DNA of 63,661 nt, counting the filler, from Syncephalis fuscata S228 (Eukaryota > Fungi > Zoopagomycota), in the NCBI GenBank assembly GCA_025786725.1. It is 3 parts of 3 records of this genome, joined end to end, with 100 filler letters (N's around TTAATTAATTAA, not from the genome) between each part and the next. Parts side by side here need not be neighbours in the genome. Positions count along the whole stretch, not along the records: positions 1 to 19,591 come from JAHLTZ010000173.1; 2 more parts are not named here. One strand, given 5' to 3'. Shown here piece after piece: positions 1 through 11,867 of the stretch; within the stretch, counting starts at the first letter, position 1; each line of letters opens with the position of its first letter. The position numbers were made by a program, and so were the translations under genes. A model generated the notes under the pieces. The model ran no database searches, was not told the DNA's origin, and saw only the letters and a program-made list of their open reading frames with translations.

Positions 1-3000
1 ATCTGTTGTTGAAGAGACGGATGGAAGAGAGCGAATATGTGCTCGGTAGTATAATGTAATGTCACCGCCAGATTTCCATACAAATGCCCGTACTGTAGCT
101 AGTGTCATTGTAGGTGGTAGAATCTAAATTATATATATACATTAATATTTATAAACAATTATATTCATATACTTGCCTTTTCTTTGCACAGTAATTCTAG
201 CCATGCTTCAGGCTTTTGATGATGGTTATTACTGTTATTGTTATTGTTGTTATTGGCATCATCATTAGAGTTGGCTTTACTATCTCGACAATCTGTTGAA
301 CGTGATACTGGCTCATCAGGTGTATCAACTTGATTTGATTGATCTGTTGCCAAATCTGGCAGTTCCAATCGATCCAATATATAGGAGAGTACTTTACGTA
401 TACGTAATGCTCGATTCGCCGTTAATCGAACCGAACTATTATTAAGTAATAAGTAAATAGTCTATTCATTAATATTGCTTTGTATTAATCTTACCCCTTG
501 GATAGATCGGGTAAACCAGAATCTGGATAGGGCATTAGTACAAAACTAAGTCGAACAGGCTCTCGAGGCGGTATTGCATTCTAGTTTATTCACTTGTCGT
601 TAGTCATCAATACTTTATAATAGTAACATTTAAGTTTACTTGGAATAAAAAGTCCATTAACCAATTGGGCAACGTAGCCTCTAGTGTCATATTATCCGCA
701 GATGTATCACCAAGTTGAGCACGGTAAATATCTGAAGACCCACTGGCTTCTTGTGATTCTTCAATAACTGCTACAGTCACTTCATTGGGCAGTTGTAGTT
801 TAGGCGTATCCGGCCCATAGGGCATGCCATTGGCCAATGTATCCGCTGATAAAGGTGGGCGTCGTCGAACAATAGAAGATGACGATGAAGGTTGATTCAC
901 CATAGTAGATCCAGTGACCGTGGTTGTATCCCTCAAATGTGACGATGTTGTATGAGAACGTGTAGGTGAATTTAAATCTTCAGAATAAACAGTTGTATTG
1001 GCACTAGGTAGAACTGATGAGGATGATGGCTGTTGTTCTGTATCTAATTGAGATGAAGCCGGTAATGAAGTCGATACAGTTAATCCACTATTCGTTTTAC
1101 TATTCTTATCACTTGATCCAATAGCTAAAGCTGCTTGTTGACGAGAATTTGGTCGTTTAATTGAAAAGCTTTTTAATCTACGCATAAATCCACTACCACC
1201 ACTACCACCATTATTGTTGTTATTGTTATTATTGTTATTATTGTTGTTATTGTTACTATTATTCTTTTCAGTAGAAAAAGTGGGTGGTGGTGGTCGAATA
1301 GAAGTAGTTGGAGTTGCATTGGCCGCTGCTTCTGCCGCTACAAATGGATCATTGTAATTCTTTCTTAATGGCTGACCTACTGGTTCAGTATAAGAGCGTA
1401 AATTAGCTGATAACATAGTTGGTGGCTTGGATGACATAGTTGTATTATTCGTATGATTAGCATCAGTTATAGTAGTCGTAGTAGTCGTATTGGTAGTGGT
1501 AGTAGATGTAGTATTCAATGTTTTCGATACTACCTCTTTTTTAACACTAAAGTAGTCTTCACCCACTGATGCACGATGTACATTCTCGGGTCGACGTGGT
1601 TCCCCGAGAAACTGGCCCCTTTAATCATGGTATGAGTTGGTGAAGAAGGACTGCTTGGTGGACTGGCCATTATGGTGGGTGGTAATTCAGGCGATGTAGT
1701 ACAGCTAGGTGGTGCAGAAAATACATGTGGATTTGGGTGAGTTAATTTAGTAGGTGAAGATGGTATGAATTGTGGTGCAGATATAGTCATTGTAATGGCA
1801 CTTGTAGTTGATGTTGGTGGTATCGGTGTTACTACCAAAGGAGTATCAATATCTAAAGGTGTTGAAGATGAATTGACTTCAGTGGTGTCAAGTGATGTGT
1901 TTTCTTGATCTTGGGTCTGTTTATTTGTACTTTCTATTTGTTGTTCTACCAATGGAGAAACTGATTCAGAAAGTACTTTTTCATCTTCAATTAACTCTTG
2001 TAAATAGGCATCGGCAAATCTGGAGAATAGTCCACGTAATATCCATTTTCCAAGATTAACTAATCAATAATTGTTTATATTAGATATCATTCTACAGTCT
2101 AATATCTACGAGTATTTACCACGTTGTTCCTCCAAACGATCACTAGGAAGGGCATCTGGTGGTAGATTCAACTCATCTGCGTACACTTCTGCATCAAAGC
2201 ATCGTCGTTCATCCAGTGTTACGGTTAATGACTAAATTAAAAGTAAGCTATATCCCGCCAGTATATAATTGTATGTATATCAACTTACGCCAATCCTCGT
2301 ATCAACTGAACACCAAGTAGGAACTGAAATCTCTGTATTTATCTTATCTAAACATTGTTCAAATGGCTGTTCACCAAATGACTTGACACAAATACACTAC
2401 AATGGAATAAGTATAGTTATTACTATTTAGTGGATCAATTACCCTTATAATATCCCATAATAAGACTTCACCGGCTGTGTTTTCCGTAAGTACCATACGA
2501 CGATCATTAAGTATATGATATTTGATTAACCCTCGTTTGCCTATATAATTCATGATTAGTGTTACATTTATAATAGTTTATATTATAGTTATATTATAGT
2601 TATATTTACCATAGACAATAGTTTCAGGCATACTACGTAGTGGATGGGTAAAATTGCAATCGCTACCAAGTGATACTTGATCGTGAATAATATGATTATT
2701 TTCATTCTTTAATAAAGTGGCTGGTGCCGTCTCTTCTAACGATGTAACATCTTCCATGTCAAAGGTAAGTGAGGCATCAAGTGAAGCTTTAGTGTAGGAT
2801 GCTTCTTCATGAGAAATATCTTTCTATTGTTACATTCAATCTATTAATTAATTATGTACAAATATTAAAAACACTTGCCCAACAATGCAAATCAGAACTT
2901 GTGGTAGCGGTCCACAAATAACGCTCTTCACACCCAACAAGCTAATTAATTATATAATTAATATTTTATATGTTATATGTTATATGTTATATGTTATAAC

Positions 3001-4502
3001 TAGTACCTTGTTAATACCGATGTTTCTCGTAAAACAGGCACTACAAGAGCCTCTGTATCATCACTATCTAACCAGTGTTTAGTAACTAGACCATCTTTAC
3101 TGCCTGCATAAAAACACCGCAGATGTGGATCTTCACTTAAAAGTGACCAAATAGATTCATTATCCCGTGAATTGTAAGTGGCCACACATCGACCAGCTAC
3201 TAATGACCATAGTTTAATGGTTGCATCCGATGACGTAGATAGTGCCTAATAAGCAGTATTGTATTACTACAAATTAATAGTAAACAATATCGACAACTAC
3301 TTACGGTTCGTCCATCATCACTAATTAACAAAGCACGAACCAATTCGTATGGCCTGCCAAAACGGCAATTCGTCGACCAGAACGAGGATCCCAAACACGA
3401 ATAAGCTAATTAATATAACATTAGTGTCAATATCAATCTATTATAGTGTTCATCTAATTGATTCCATTATATTGTTACCTTATCAGGTGCACCCGCCATT
3501 AATAACTGGCCATAAGCATCACATGCCAAAGCATAGACAGATGCCGCTTCAGATTCTTCATTAAATGAAACTAAATAATATTAAATAGTTAGTGATCTAT
3601 TCTAACAATGCTTATTCACATATATATATATATTTACCAATAGGCTGATGAAAAGGACGTGTCTCTCCCAAATCCCATACGCAAACCTGTCGATCAAGTC
3701 CACCGCTTGCCACCCAGCCTGCATGGCGTGGATAGGCCAGCGCCCGCACATAGTCGCGGTGAATAGCAATGGTCCGTGTATGGCGCCCAGTAGTGTCAAT
3801 ATCCGGTTGCCATAGTTTTACCGTTCGGTCCGATGATGCACTTACAACTAAGTGTATAATCAGTATTGTCGTCACAGTAACTATTTATGTTGTTTACATC
3901 ATTATTGTGTTATAATTACTTACCCGAGGCGCCTTGATGACAAACAACAACATCATTAACCCAATCAGTATGGTGTTGACTAGTAGCATATAATTTTGCC
4001 GACTATTCTTTTATATTAATAACTATACAATTTACCATGGATGGCTATCACTTACTTGTAGTGTTTCAGCAGCCATTGAATTACGTTTAGATGCCATGGA
4101 GTTTCTCTTTAGTGCTGAGTCATCCATGGCATCTGTTGTGATAGATGCACTTGTCATATCCGCCGTGTTTCTATGGCGTTCAAGGTTCCAAGCCGCGACT
4201 ACACCATCTCTCCCCGCCGTATAGAGTCGTGCTGTTTCTAAGTTGCTCGTTTCATTTAGGTGCGATTCCAATTTTTTCGTCTCGCCTCCACTATCGCTAC
4301 CTTCTAGCGCTAAATCTGATCTATCAAGGCAGGAGCTGTATAATGCTAGTGCATTAATCCCTAGCGAATGACCAACGCCATGACTCGTTTTGTCGGAAAC
4401 ACCAAGTGTCTTTCCGAAAGCAGGGTTAGTCTCGCCTACTGTGGCTGAATCGCAATGAGGAATGACGTAGTTAATGCGACGTCTAGCTTGTCGTCGCTGC
4501 AT
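1..4502 (-). CDS. WDR48: WD repeat-containing protein 48 (UAF1/Duf1/Bun107-like deubiquitinase cofactor), multi-exon, 3' end runs off the window
   Basis: N-terminal WD40 segments ([72 protein letters not shown]). C-terminal motifs [28 protein letters not shown] and [20 protein letters not shown] are typical of the WDR48 C-terminal domain. Many short GT-AG introns. Apparent frameshift near 1530-1566. Confidence 0.9.
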
Positions 4503-5599
4503 AGTGGATCAGTAAGTTCATGTGTGGATAGAAAGAAGCAAGAAATACCGCAGATACAAGCTATGCTTATCGGTGGTTACAAATAAAGAATAAGCAATAT
4601 CTTGTACAAATAGAATATAGGTGTAGTAGATGTTGAATTCAAAGCAATAGAACAAGTAACTAAAAGGGTATTAGTAGGATGGTGTCCTTTGTTTTATTAT
4701 AGTGTTGCTTCTCATTATGGAATATTGCCCATGTACAGGGACGACAGAGATATTCAGTTAGTTACTGTTTTGTGATATGCGTGGGCAAATAGTTGATATT
4801 GCTGCAGTAGCAACATTGTTACAAGGCCATGCTTTAAACATGATTATGCAAGAGACTAGCCGTGTAATAAGCTATTATTTTACATCTAGGTTAATAGATA
4901 GTATTACAGTTGACAAATACAAAATAAAGCTTATTTTTACGTTATGGCCTATTCATCACTAGACTTGTCCTACATATATCGTGTCTTTGGTTTGTGCTAT
5001 TTAATTTACTTTTTATTTATATTAAAAGAGAATAACAGTTTTGTATAGGGAAAGGCTAGGCGATTACAAAATGATATATAATATAATGGATATACAATGT
5101 TGAAGCTGCAGTGTTTATAACGTAATAACTAGACCGAGTGAAGTATGTTGGAATATAAAAAACTAGAATATATCTAGTATATCATAAAATAGTATATAGT
5201 AATATGGAATAAAATGAGAATAATTTATATAAATAGATCATATAAATACTGGATAATAAATGGCTATTAACGTATTTAATAACATTAGTATAAACATATT
5301 CAAATTAAATATCGATAATAATATAAAATAATATTGTAATACAAAATAAGTGACTAAATAAAGTATTGTAGCAATGTACGTTTTATCTCTCCGTAAATTG
5401 CTTCTCTTCTAGGCTGAAATCTACTTTAATCTCCCAGGGCAGCAAATCTTTTTACGCAATCAATTGTAATGAATTAATTAGCTTAAATTGCGTTTAAATA
5501 ATCATTTACAGTAAATATTAATGTAATATAATAACATTATCATTTTCATAAAATAGAATTAAATGTAACAGAACATTGTATCGCTAGCTGCTATTTTAA

Positions 5600-6250
5600 G
5601 CATTTAAGTAAATAATGTAACATAGTATTTGATTTCTTTGGATCATTTGAGGCCAATTATTATTGTTGGCCATGTGTAGAAAAATTGATAAAATATTAAT
5701 AGAAACCATTGATCGCGATTCCATATCGTTTCGCAGCTGTTGTTGTTACTACGTACAGTGTGATTTCTTTGCGTCTGAATGGTCTCTTCTATTTTTTAAT
5801 CTTCTACTGTTGCATTTTGGGCATATTTACGATTTAAGATACTCATTTATGGTGACAAGAAGGTAGGACGGCTAGCGTTTCTAATGTTCACCATTCTCTT
5901 GAGCATTCTTGCTATCAACTTGGTAGGCGTAATTACTTTGCTGACCATTAATAAAGCAAATGGCCTCCACCATATGCAATAATGATAGGTTGAGTGTCTT
6001 TACCAGGAAGATCTTGTGGCAACAGTTGTAACCAGAATATATGGCATGCCGTTGAGATTACTTGAACAGGTGTTGATGTAAATAAGAGAAATAAAGACTA
6101 AGAATTGAATAATGTTTTTTATTGCTGTTCAAATACGCATGCTATTTATATTGTCATATTTGGCATTATCAGATAATATATTACTGAATAGAACAATAAG
6201 ATATTAATAGAAATCAGTGAAAGGAATAAATAAAAAATATAGGAGTCAAG
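5600..6250 (-). pseudogene. Decayed Fanzor/TnpB-like RuvC-zinc finger C-terminal fragment, copy 1
   Basis: Minus-strand translation across frameshifts and stops: PIIIAYGGG..TPTKLIARMLKR..LLVTINEYLKS*ICPKC..NNNSCETIWNRD..MVSINILSIFLHMANNNNWPQMIQR. The order matches RuvC-II Glu, CxxC zinc finger and RuvC-III NRD of Fanzor/TnpB. Confidence 0.75.
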
Positions 6251-7329
6251 GTAAAAATGACATGACCATATAAATATTATGCGCTCAATCCAATGTTTTG
6301 TTTTATTTTAATATGTAGCTATACAGCTTTTATTAATGATCAATAAATAAAATTAATCTGTCTTTCTATTGTTGCAATAATGTATAATATCAGCTGTTTA
6401 CTCTGATAAATAATTAGATTAAGCTTTATAATAGTTGGCTTAATTGGTGGTCGTGTAAATGTGAGTATATAAGATGTTACAATGTGATTGTAAATATTTA
6501 TCCGCACAAACAACCAGAATTATAATTATAGCGACAATAATAAGCTATTTAACTACTAAACACATTTAATTTCATTTACATTTCTCTGTTTTCTGTGTAT
6601 TATCTTGGTTTAACGTTGTTGCTATTCTAGCTGCATCAGCAACAGCTAACTTTTGATAAATGTAGTTCAGCTTAGCATAGCTATAATGATTTGCCATAGG
6701 TTAAACCAGTAAACCTTTGAGATGTCAATTGTTTTTCTATTGGTTTCTGCTCTGACTTGTTCTTCTATATTCCATTTTGTTTAACTTGTCGGGATTGGTT
6801 TCAGAAATGTAAGCAGCACTTAGACCTTGTATGATCACCAATTGATTACATATCAATTGACATTATGCACTTAAAATTGCTGATATTTGACTAAAACTTT
6901 TTATTGTGTCTATTTTAGTGTCTGCATATTGTATTGCGCGTAGTTTAGCTGATGCAATTTAGTCTACAGCTGAAACTGATAAAATGACATGTTGGAATGG
7001 TCCATTGCTCAAAATGCTGTGATGCATCGTTCTACAAATAGTACTCATTGTATAATCAATTTCAGGTGATTTGGATTAACCGTCATTTGAATGATGGTGG
7101 TTGTACAACATGTGGCACAATATACCTGGGTGGTATGATGCATTTGTGAATTCAAAACAATGATTACCCCATAACAATGGGCATAGTGTCGAATGAAATG
7201 CACGCATGTACCAATCAATATACTTTATAATCTAAAATTACAGCTGACCTATGTATAGCAATAAAAACCTGTATAAAATACCAGTTTAATACATTAAGCT
7301 TGTTTTTGCATCAGTGCTGAGTGCTATTC

Positions 7330-7695
7330 TGTATGCAACAGATATTGAGGACTGAATCGGTAGAAATGGCGGCAAATACATCGTTATCGTTTTACAAAGC
7401 CAAACAATATACTTGTTTTTACCAAATAGTTAGATTGTGTAACAAAAATACAGGTTAGTATCTATTTTTAGCGTATATGCATTAAATTATAAACAGTATC
7501 ACAGTAATCGTGCAAACGACTAACAGATTAAAGTAAAGACCGGGCAAGTTATGTGTTATTTTGTATGCATGCAGATATTGGGGCCCGAGTCATTCGGTGG
7601 AAGTAACAGGAAAAACACCATTATCGTTTTCACAAAACCAAACAATATACTTGTTTTTACCAAATAGTTAGATTGTGTAATAGAAAATACAGAAC
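7330..7695. repeat. Diverged direct duplication, ~240 bp period
   Basis: ccaaacaatatacttgtttttaccaaatagttagattgtgtaa occurs at ~7400 and ~7639, with similar flanks. Confidence 0.8.
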
Positions 7696-8111
7696 GGTGT
7701 ACATATCTCTATCGCATATGCACTGCTCATTGGAATTGCCGTATAATTTGTGTAAATGCTGAGAAGATTGAAGTAAAAACCAGGCAGGTTGAAATCAAGG
7801 CCGAACAGGTTGAAATCAAAGCTAAGAAGCATACTATCACACTCCCAATCTATTAATATACACATATACCTTAAACCATTTTTGGGTTTGCTTTATTGGT
7901 TCATATTGTATATCAATGGTATACCTCGTGTGCTACAGTACACTGGCATCTCACTATAGCTGTAAGTTTAAATAGCTCACAAAATATACACAACCAACTG
8001 CAATATCATCATTACACTCTACTTCTTGCTAAACACACACTACTCCCCACTCTATACCAGCCACACTCTACTATCTCTTTTATTTGTTTGTCTTAACAAA
8101 TCAATATTACC

Positions 8112-11100
8112 ATGAAGCTTTCCATTATCGTCGTTTGCACCATTGTTGTGGCTATTGTGGCCGTTACAACCATAGTGGATGCTAATCCAGTCTTAGTTCG
8201 TCGTCTTGGTATGTTGCAATGACAATAAATATATAATATTATTATATTTACTAACAGTATTGCTAACTAATGACTATATTAGATTGTAAGTAATATTCTA
8301 TATTCTTTTACTTTTATTTTGAAAATCTTGTACATTTCTACTATATATAATTGAGAATTTGCACTTCTTTTTAGTTTCTGCTAAATGTATAGAGTTTTTG
8401 AAATTGAATGGGCTGCCACATTTTTGTGTGAAGCCGAGTCCTATCAATCTTACACTGGGGCCGCTATATTAATTAATGCTCTGCCAAAGCTCTATTTAAT
8501 ATGGCCTTGGATGTATTGCTTGCCTATGACTCTACTGGCTTTGACCTTTGTTACAGAACTTCTTTAACAGTTGATGATACCTAATTACTAGCTATTGTTG
8601 TTTCACTTCTTCATGACTTTTCTTCTTGTCATACGCGTTTCTTTCACTTCTCAGTGTCTGCTTCGCATTTGCCCTTCTTCCTACTGATTTTAGTATGAGC
8701 TGGCTATCTGGAATCATTATACTTGTTTTTATTGACTATTATTGACTATATAAGTATCATTCTTATTATCTTATCTTATTTTCTTTGCTTTTTAAATACT
8801 GTTATTGTCTCTGACCGGGCTTTATTGTCTGACTCCATTTACGCTGCGCTGTACCCATTACCTTACTTTTTGGACTGTTGATTACAAACGCGCTTATATT
8901 TTTTGCACCTTCCTCTTCAGTTTTGGTTGATTTTTTGTAACTGTTATTCTCACGTCTTCCATTACCATATTAATCTCGTCATTGTTTCTGTTTTTTTTGT
9001 TCACTTGCCATCTCTACATCTTCCTCTTCTGCTGAAATTGCTCGTTCGCCTTTTAACAGCATCTACTCTCCCCAATCACTCGTCATCTCCATAATTCCTT
9101 TTTTTAATTGGCGATATTATTATATATTAACTAACCATATACTAATTATATACTGTGCTGTGTGTGCCAACGAATAAATATCAATAGCTGGTAGGTTGCA
9201 TTACATATCAATAAATCATACACTAATTATGTACTATGTAATACACTTATCAATAACTTAATGTTAGAGCAATGTAAGTTGCATTGTGCATTAATTGATT
9301 GCTCACTAATAACATGCTATGCATTATTTTTATCAACAACTTAATGTTAATAGGCAGTAAGTAATGTTATATATTGATAATTTATAAACTAATTATATAC
9401 CATGTATTGTGTGTATTAACAACTTAATACCATAGGGGGTAAGTTGTATTGTATATTAGCTAACTATACATTAATCTTATACCATGCACCGTGTATATCA
9501 ATTACTTAATACTAATAGACTGTAAGTTTTATTATATATTAGCTGAGGATTGGCTAATTATATAATGTGTTGTGTGTATCAATAACTTAATAATAATAGG
9601 CAGTAAGTTGTATTGTATGTTACTGAGTTATGTATTAATTATATGCAATGTATTACGTACATCGATAACTTAATGCCATAGAGGGTAAGTTATTGTATAT
9701 TAATTGAGCATTGGCTAATTATATATTGCGTTGTGTGTATCAATAACTTAATATCAATAGACGGTAAGTTGTATTGTATATAAACTAACTATTCACTGAT
9801 TATTTTATGTATTGTGTGTATCAACAAATATTAATAGATTGTAGGTAGCACTATATATTAACCGGCTATTAGCTAATTATATAATGTGTTGTGTGTATCA
9901 ATAATTTAATCCTAATAGGTGGTAAGTTGTATTGTATATTAAATAACTATACATTAATTATGCTATTTACTAATTATATCGATTATTTGATATTAATAGC
10001 CCGTAAGTAGTATTGTATATTAACTGAATATACATTAAGCATGCTACTTACTAATTATATCAATTATTTAATGTTAATAGTCCGTAAGTTATATCGTATA
10101 TTATTTATTTATTAAAAACGCTTGTGAGCCCCCGCTGCGCATAATTAAAGAATTTGCGCTGCTTCCCACTATATCTGGACTTTTCCAAACTTTTAACGGG
10201 TGGACTGCCACGTTTTTGCGCAAAATCTGGTCCATATAGATTTCACACGAGGCCATCTTCTTTTAAATGGTGCTACACAGCACTATTCTCTTGAAGTTGG
10301 TCCCAATTGGGTTTTCCTCGGCTATTCTGGCCAAGGTCTTGTTTCCGGACCTACTTATTGGGTTCTGGTTTGCAATTTGTTAACTAGAGAAAACTAGGGG
10401 GGGATTTCCACTTAAGGATTGATTTAAACTGAGATTTGAGCCCAAAGCCTTCAGCTCGGGAGACGCTATCTTAGCTACTTTGAGCTAGCAACGTCCTCTT
10501 GTATTGTATATTAATTGACTAACTATGCTACTTATTGATTGTACCAATTATTGAATACTAATAGATTGTAAGTTGTATTGTATATTAACTAGCTATACAT
10601 TAACTATAATATTTACTAATTATACTAATTATTTAATATTAATAGATCGTAAGTTACATTATATGTCAACTGAATATACATTAACTATACTATTTACTGA
10701 TAATACTAATTATTTAATATTGATAGGTGGTAAGTTGTATTGTATATTAACTAACTATATATTAACTATGTTATTTACTGATAATACCAATTATTTAATA
10801 TTAATAGGAAGTAAGCTACATTATATGTCAACTGAATATACATTAACTATGCTATTTATTGATTGCACTGATTATTTAATATTAATAGGTGGTAAGTTGT
10901 ATTGTATATTAACTAAATATATATTAACTATGTTATTTAATAACCGTATCAATTGTTTAATATTGATAGTTGGTAAGTTGTATTGTATATTAATTGACTA
11001 TACACTAACAATGATATTTGCCGATTGTGCCAATTATTTAATATTAATAGGACGTAAGTGATATGGTATATTAATTGGCTATACATTAATTATAATATTT

Positions 11101-11867
11101 ATTGATTGTACCAACTATTTAACATAATAGAATGTAAGTTGTATTGTATACTAATTGACTATGCATTAACTTTGCTATTTACTAACTGTATCAATTATTT
11201 AATACAATAGGCAGTAAGTTGTATTGCATATTGACTGACTATGCACTAATCCCATGCTATTTACTATGTGTATCAATAATTTAATATTAATAGGGGGTAG
11301 GTGATATTGTATATTAGCTGGTTATTCACTAATTATATACCATGGATTGCGTATCAACAACTTAATATAGCAAATTGTAAGCTATATTTTATATTAATTA
11401 ATTACTTAATAATCACATACTATTTGTTATTTATATCAACATTTTAATATTAATAGTGTGTAAGTAGTATTATACGGCGACTGATTATGCATTAATCACA
11501 TGCTATGTACGGTATGCATCAACAACTTAATATAATAGGCAGTAAGTTATGTTGCGTATCGATTGAATATACATTAACTATATACCATATATTATGTATA
11601 TCAACGAATTAATATTAATAGAGCGTAAGTTGTACTGTGTAATAATTGCTTATGCATTAATTATATACTATGTATTGTATCCATCAACAACTCAAAATTA
11701 GAGTATTGTAAGTTGTATCGTATATTAATTGATTACTCACTAATTGTATGTTATGCACCATGTGTATCAATGACTTAACATTAATAGGCGGTAAGTAGCA
11801 TTGTATATTGATGGCTTATACATTAATTATATGGTATATAATATTTTTATTTGTAAATACAGAATAA
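8112..11867 (+). CDS. Microexon gene encoding a 65-aa secreted cysteine-rich peptide (31 exons: signal exon, 29 microexons of 3 or 6 nt, terminal exon)
   Basis: Exon 1 8112-8208 (signal peptide, then RR). Microexons flanked by TAG and GTAAGT/GTAGGT/GTAAGC start at 8283, 9188, 9268 (6 nt), 9354, 9436, 9519, 9600, 9682, 9761, 9838, 9919, 10000, 10081, 10565, 10646, 10727, 10808, 10889, 10970, 11051, 11131, 11211, 11294, 11371 (6 nt), 11457, 11539, 11622, 11702 (6 nt) and 11788. The last exon starts at 11863 (AA TAA). The joined frame is stop-free and has 6 Cys. Confidence 0.88.
8305..9112 (-). mobile_element. ~0.8 kb insertion in intron 2 of the microexon gene (decayed coding-like sequence, possibly a non-LTR fragment)
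   Basis: Interrupts one intron unit ~19 nt after its donor, and the unit resumes at ~9115. The minus strand is purine-rich with E/K-rich broken frames. Confidence 0.45.
9115..11862 (+). repeat. Tandem array of paralogous ~74-80 nt introns (period 77-83 bp)
   Basis: Unit consensus GTAAGTTGTATTGTATATTAAC..ACATTAA..TCAA..TTAATATTAATAG+NNN, repeated about 28 times. Confidence 0.95.
10104..10498 (-). mobile_element. 5'-truncated non-LTR retrotransposon-like insertion in intron 14 of the microexon gene
   Basis: GC-richer 0.4 kb block ending on the minus strand in (TAAA)n. Flanked by an imperfect 15-bp direct repeat, ttatatcgtatatta (10089-10103) and ttgtattgtatatta (10499-10513). Confidence 0.6.

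Noticed and set aside
5663-5866. Duplicated small plus-strand ORF (also 14004-14213)
   Set aside because: Antisense shadow of the Fanzor-like relic.
6600-7260. Upstream part of the Fanzor or its transposase
   Set aside because: Coding-like but heavily decayed. No motif I can identify, and it is not shared with the second copy.
10573-11061. 162-aa ORF with a 27-aa repeat
   Set aside because: By-product of the 81-bp intron period. It runs through splice signals of the microexon array.
9115-11862. CRISPR-like array
   Set aside because: The variable parts are only 3-6 nt, the units are degenerate and bounded by GT..AG, the context is eukaryotic and there are no cas genes.
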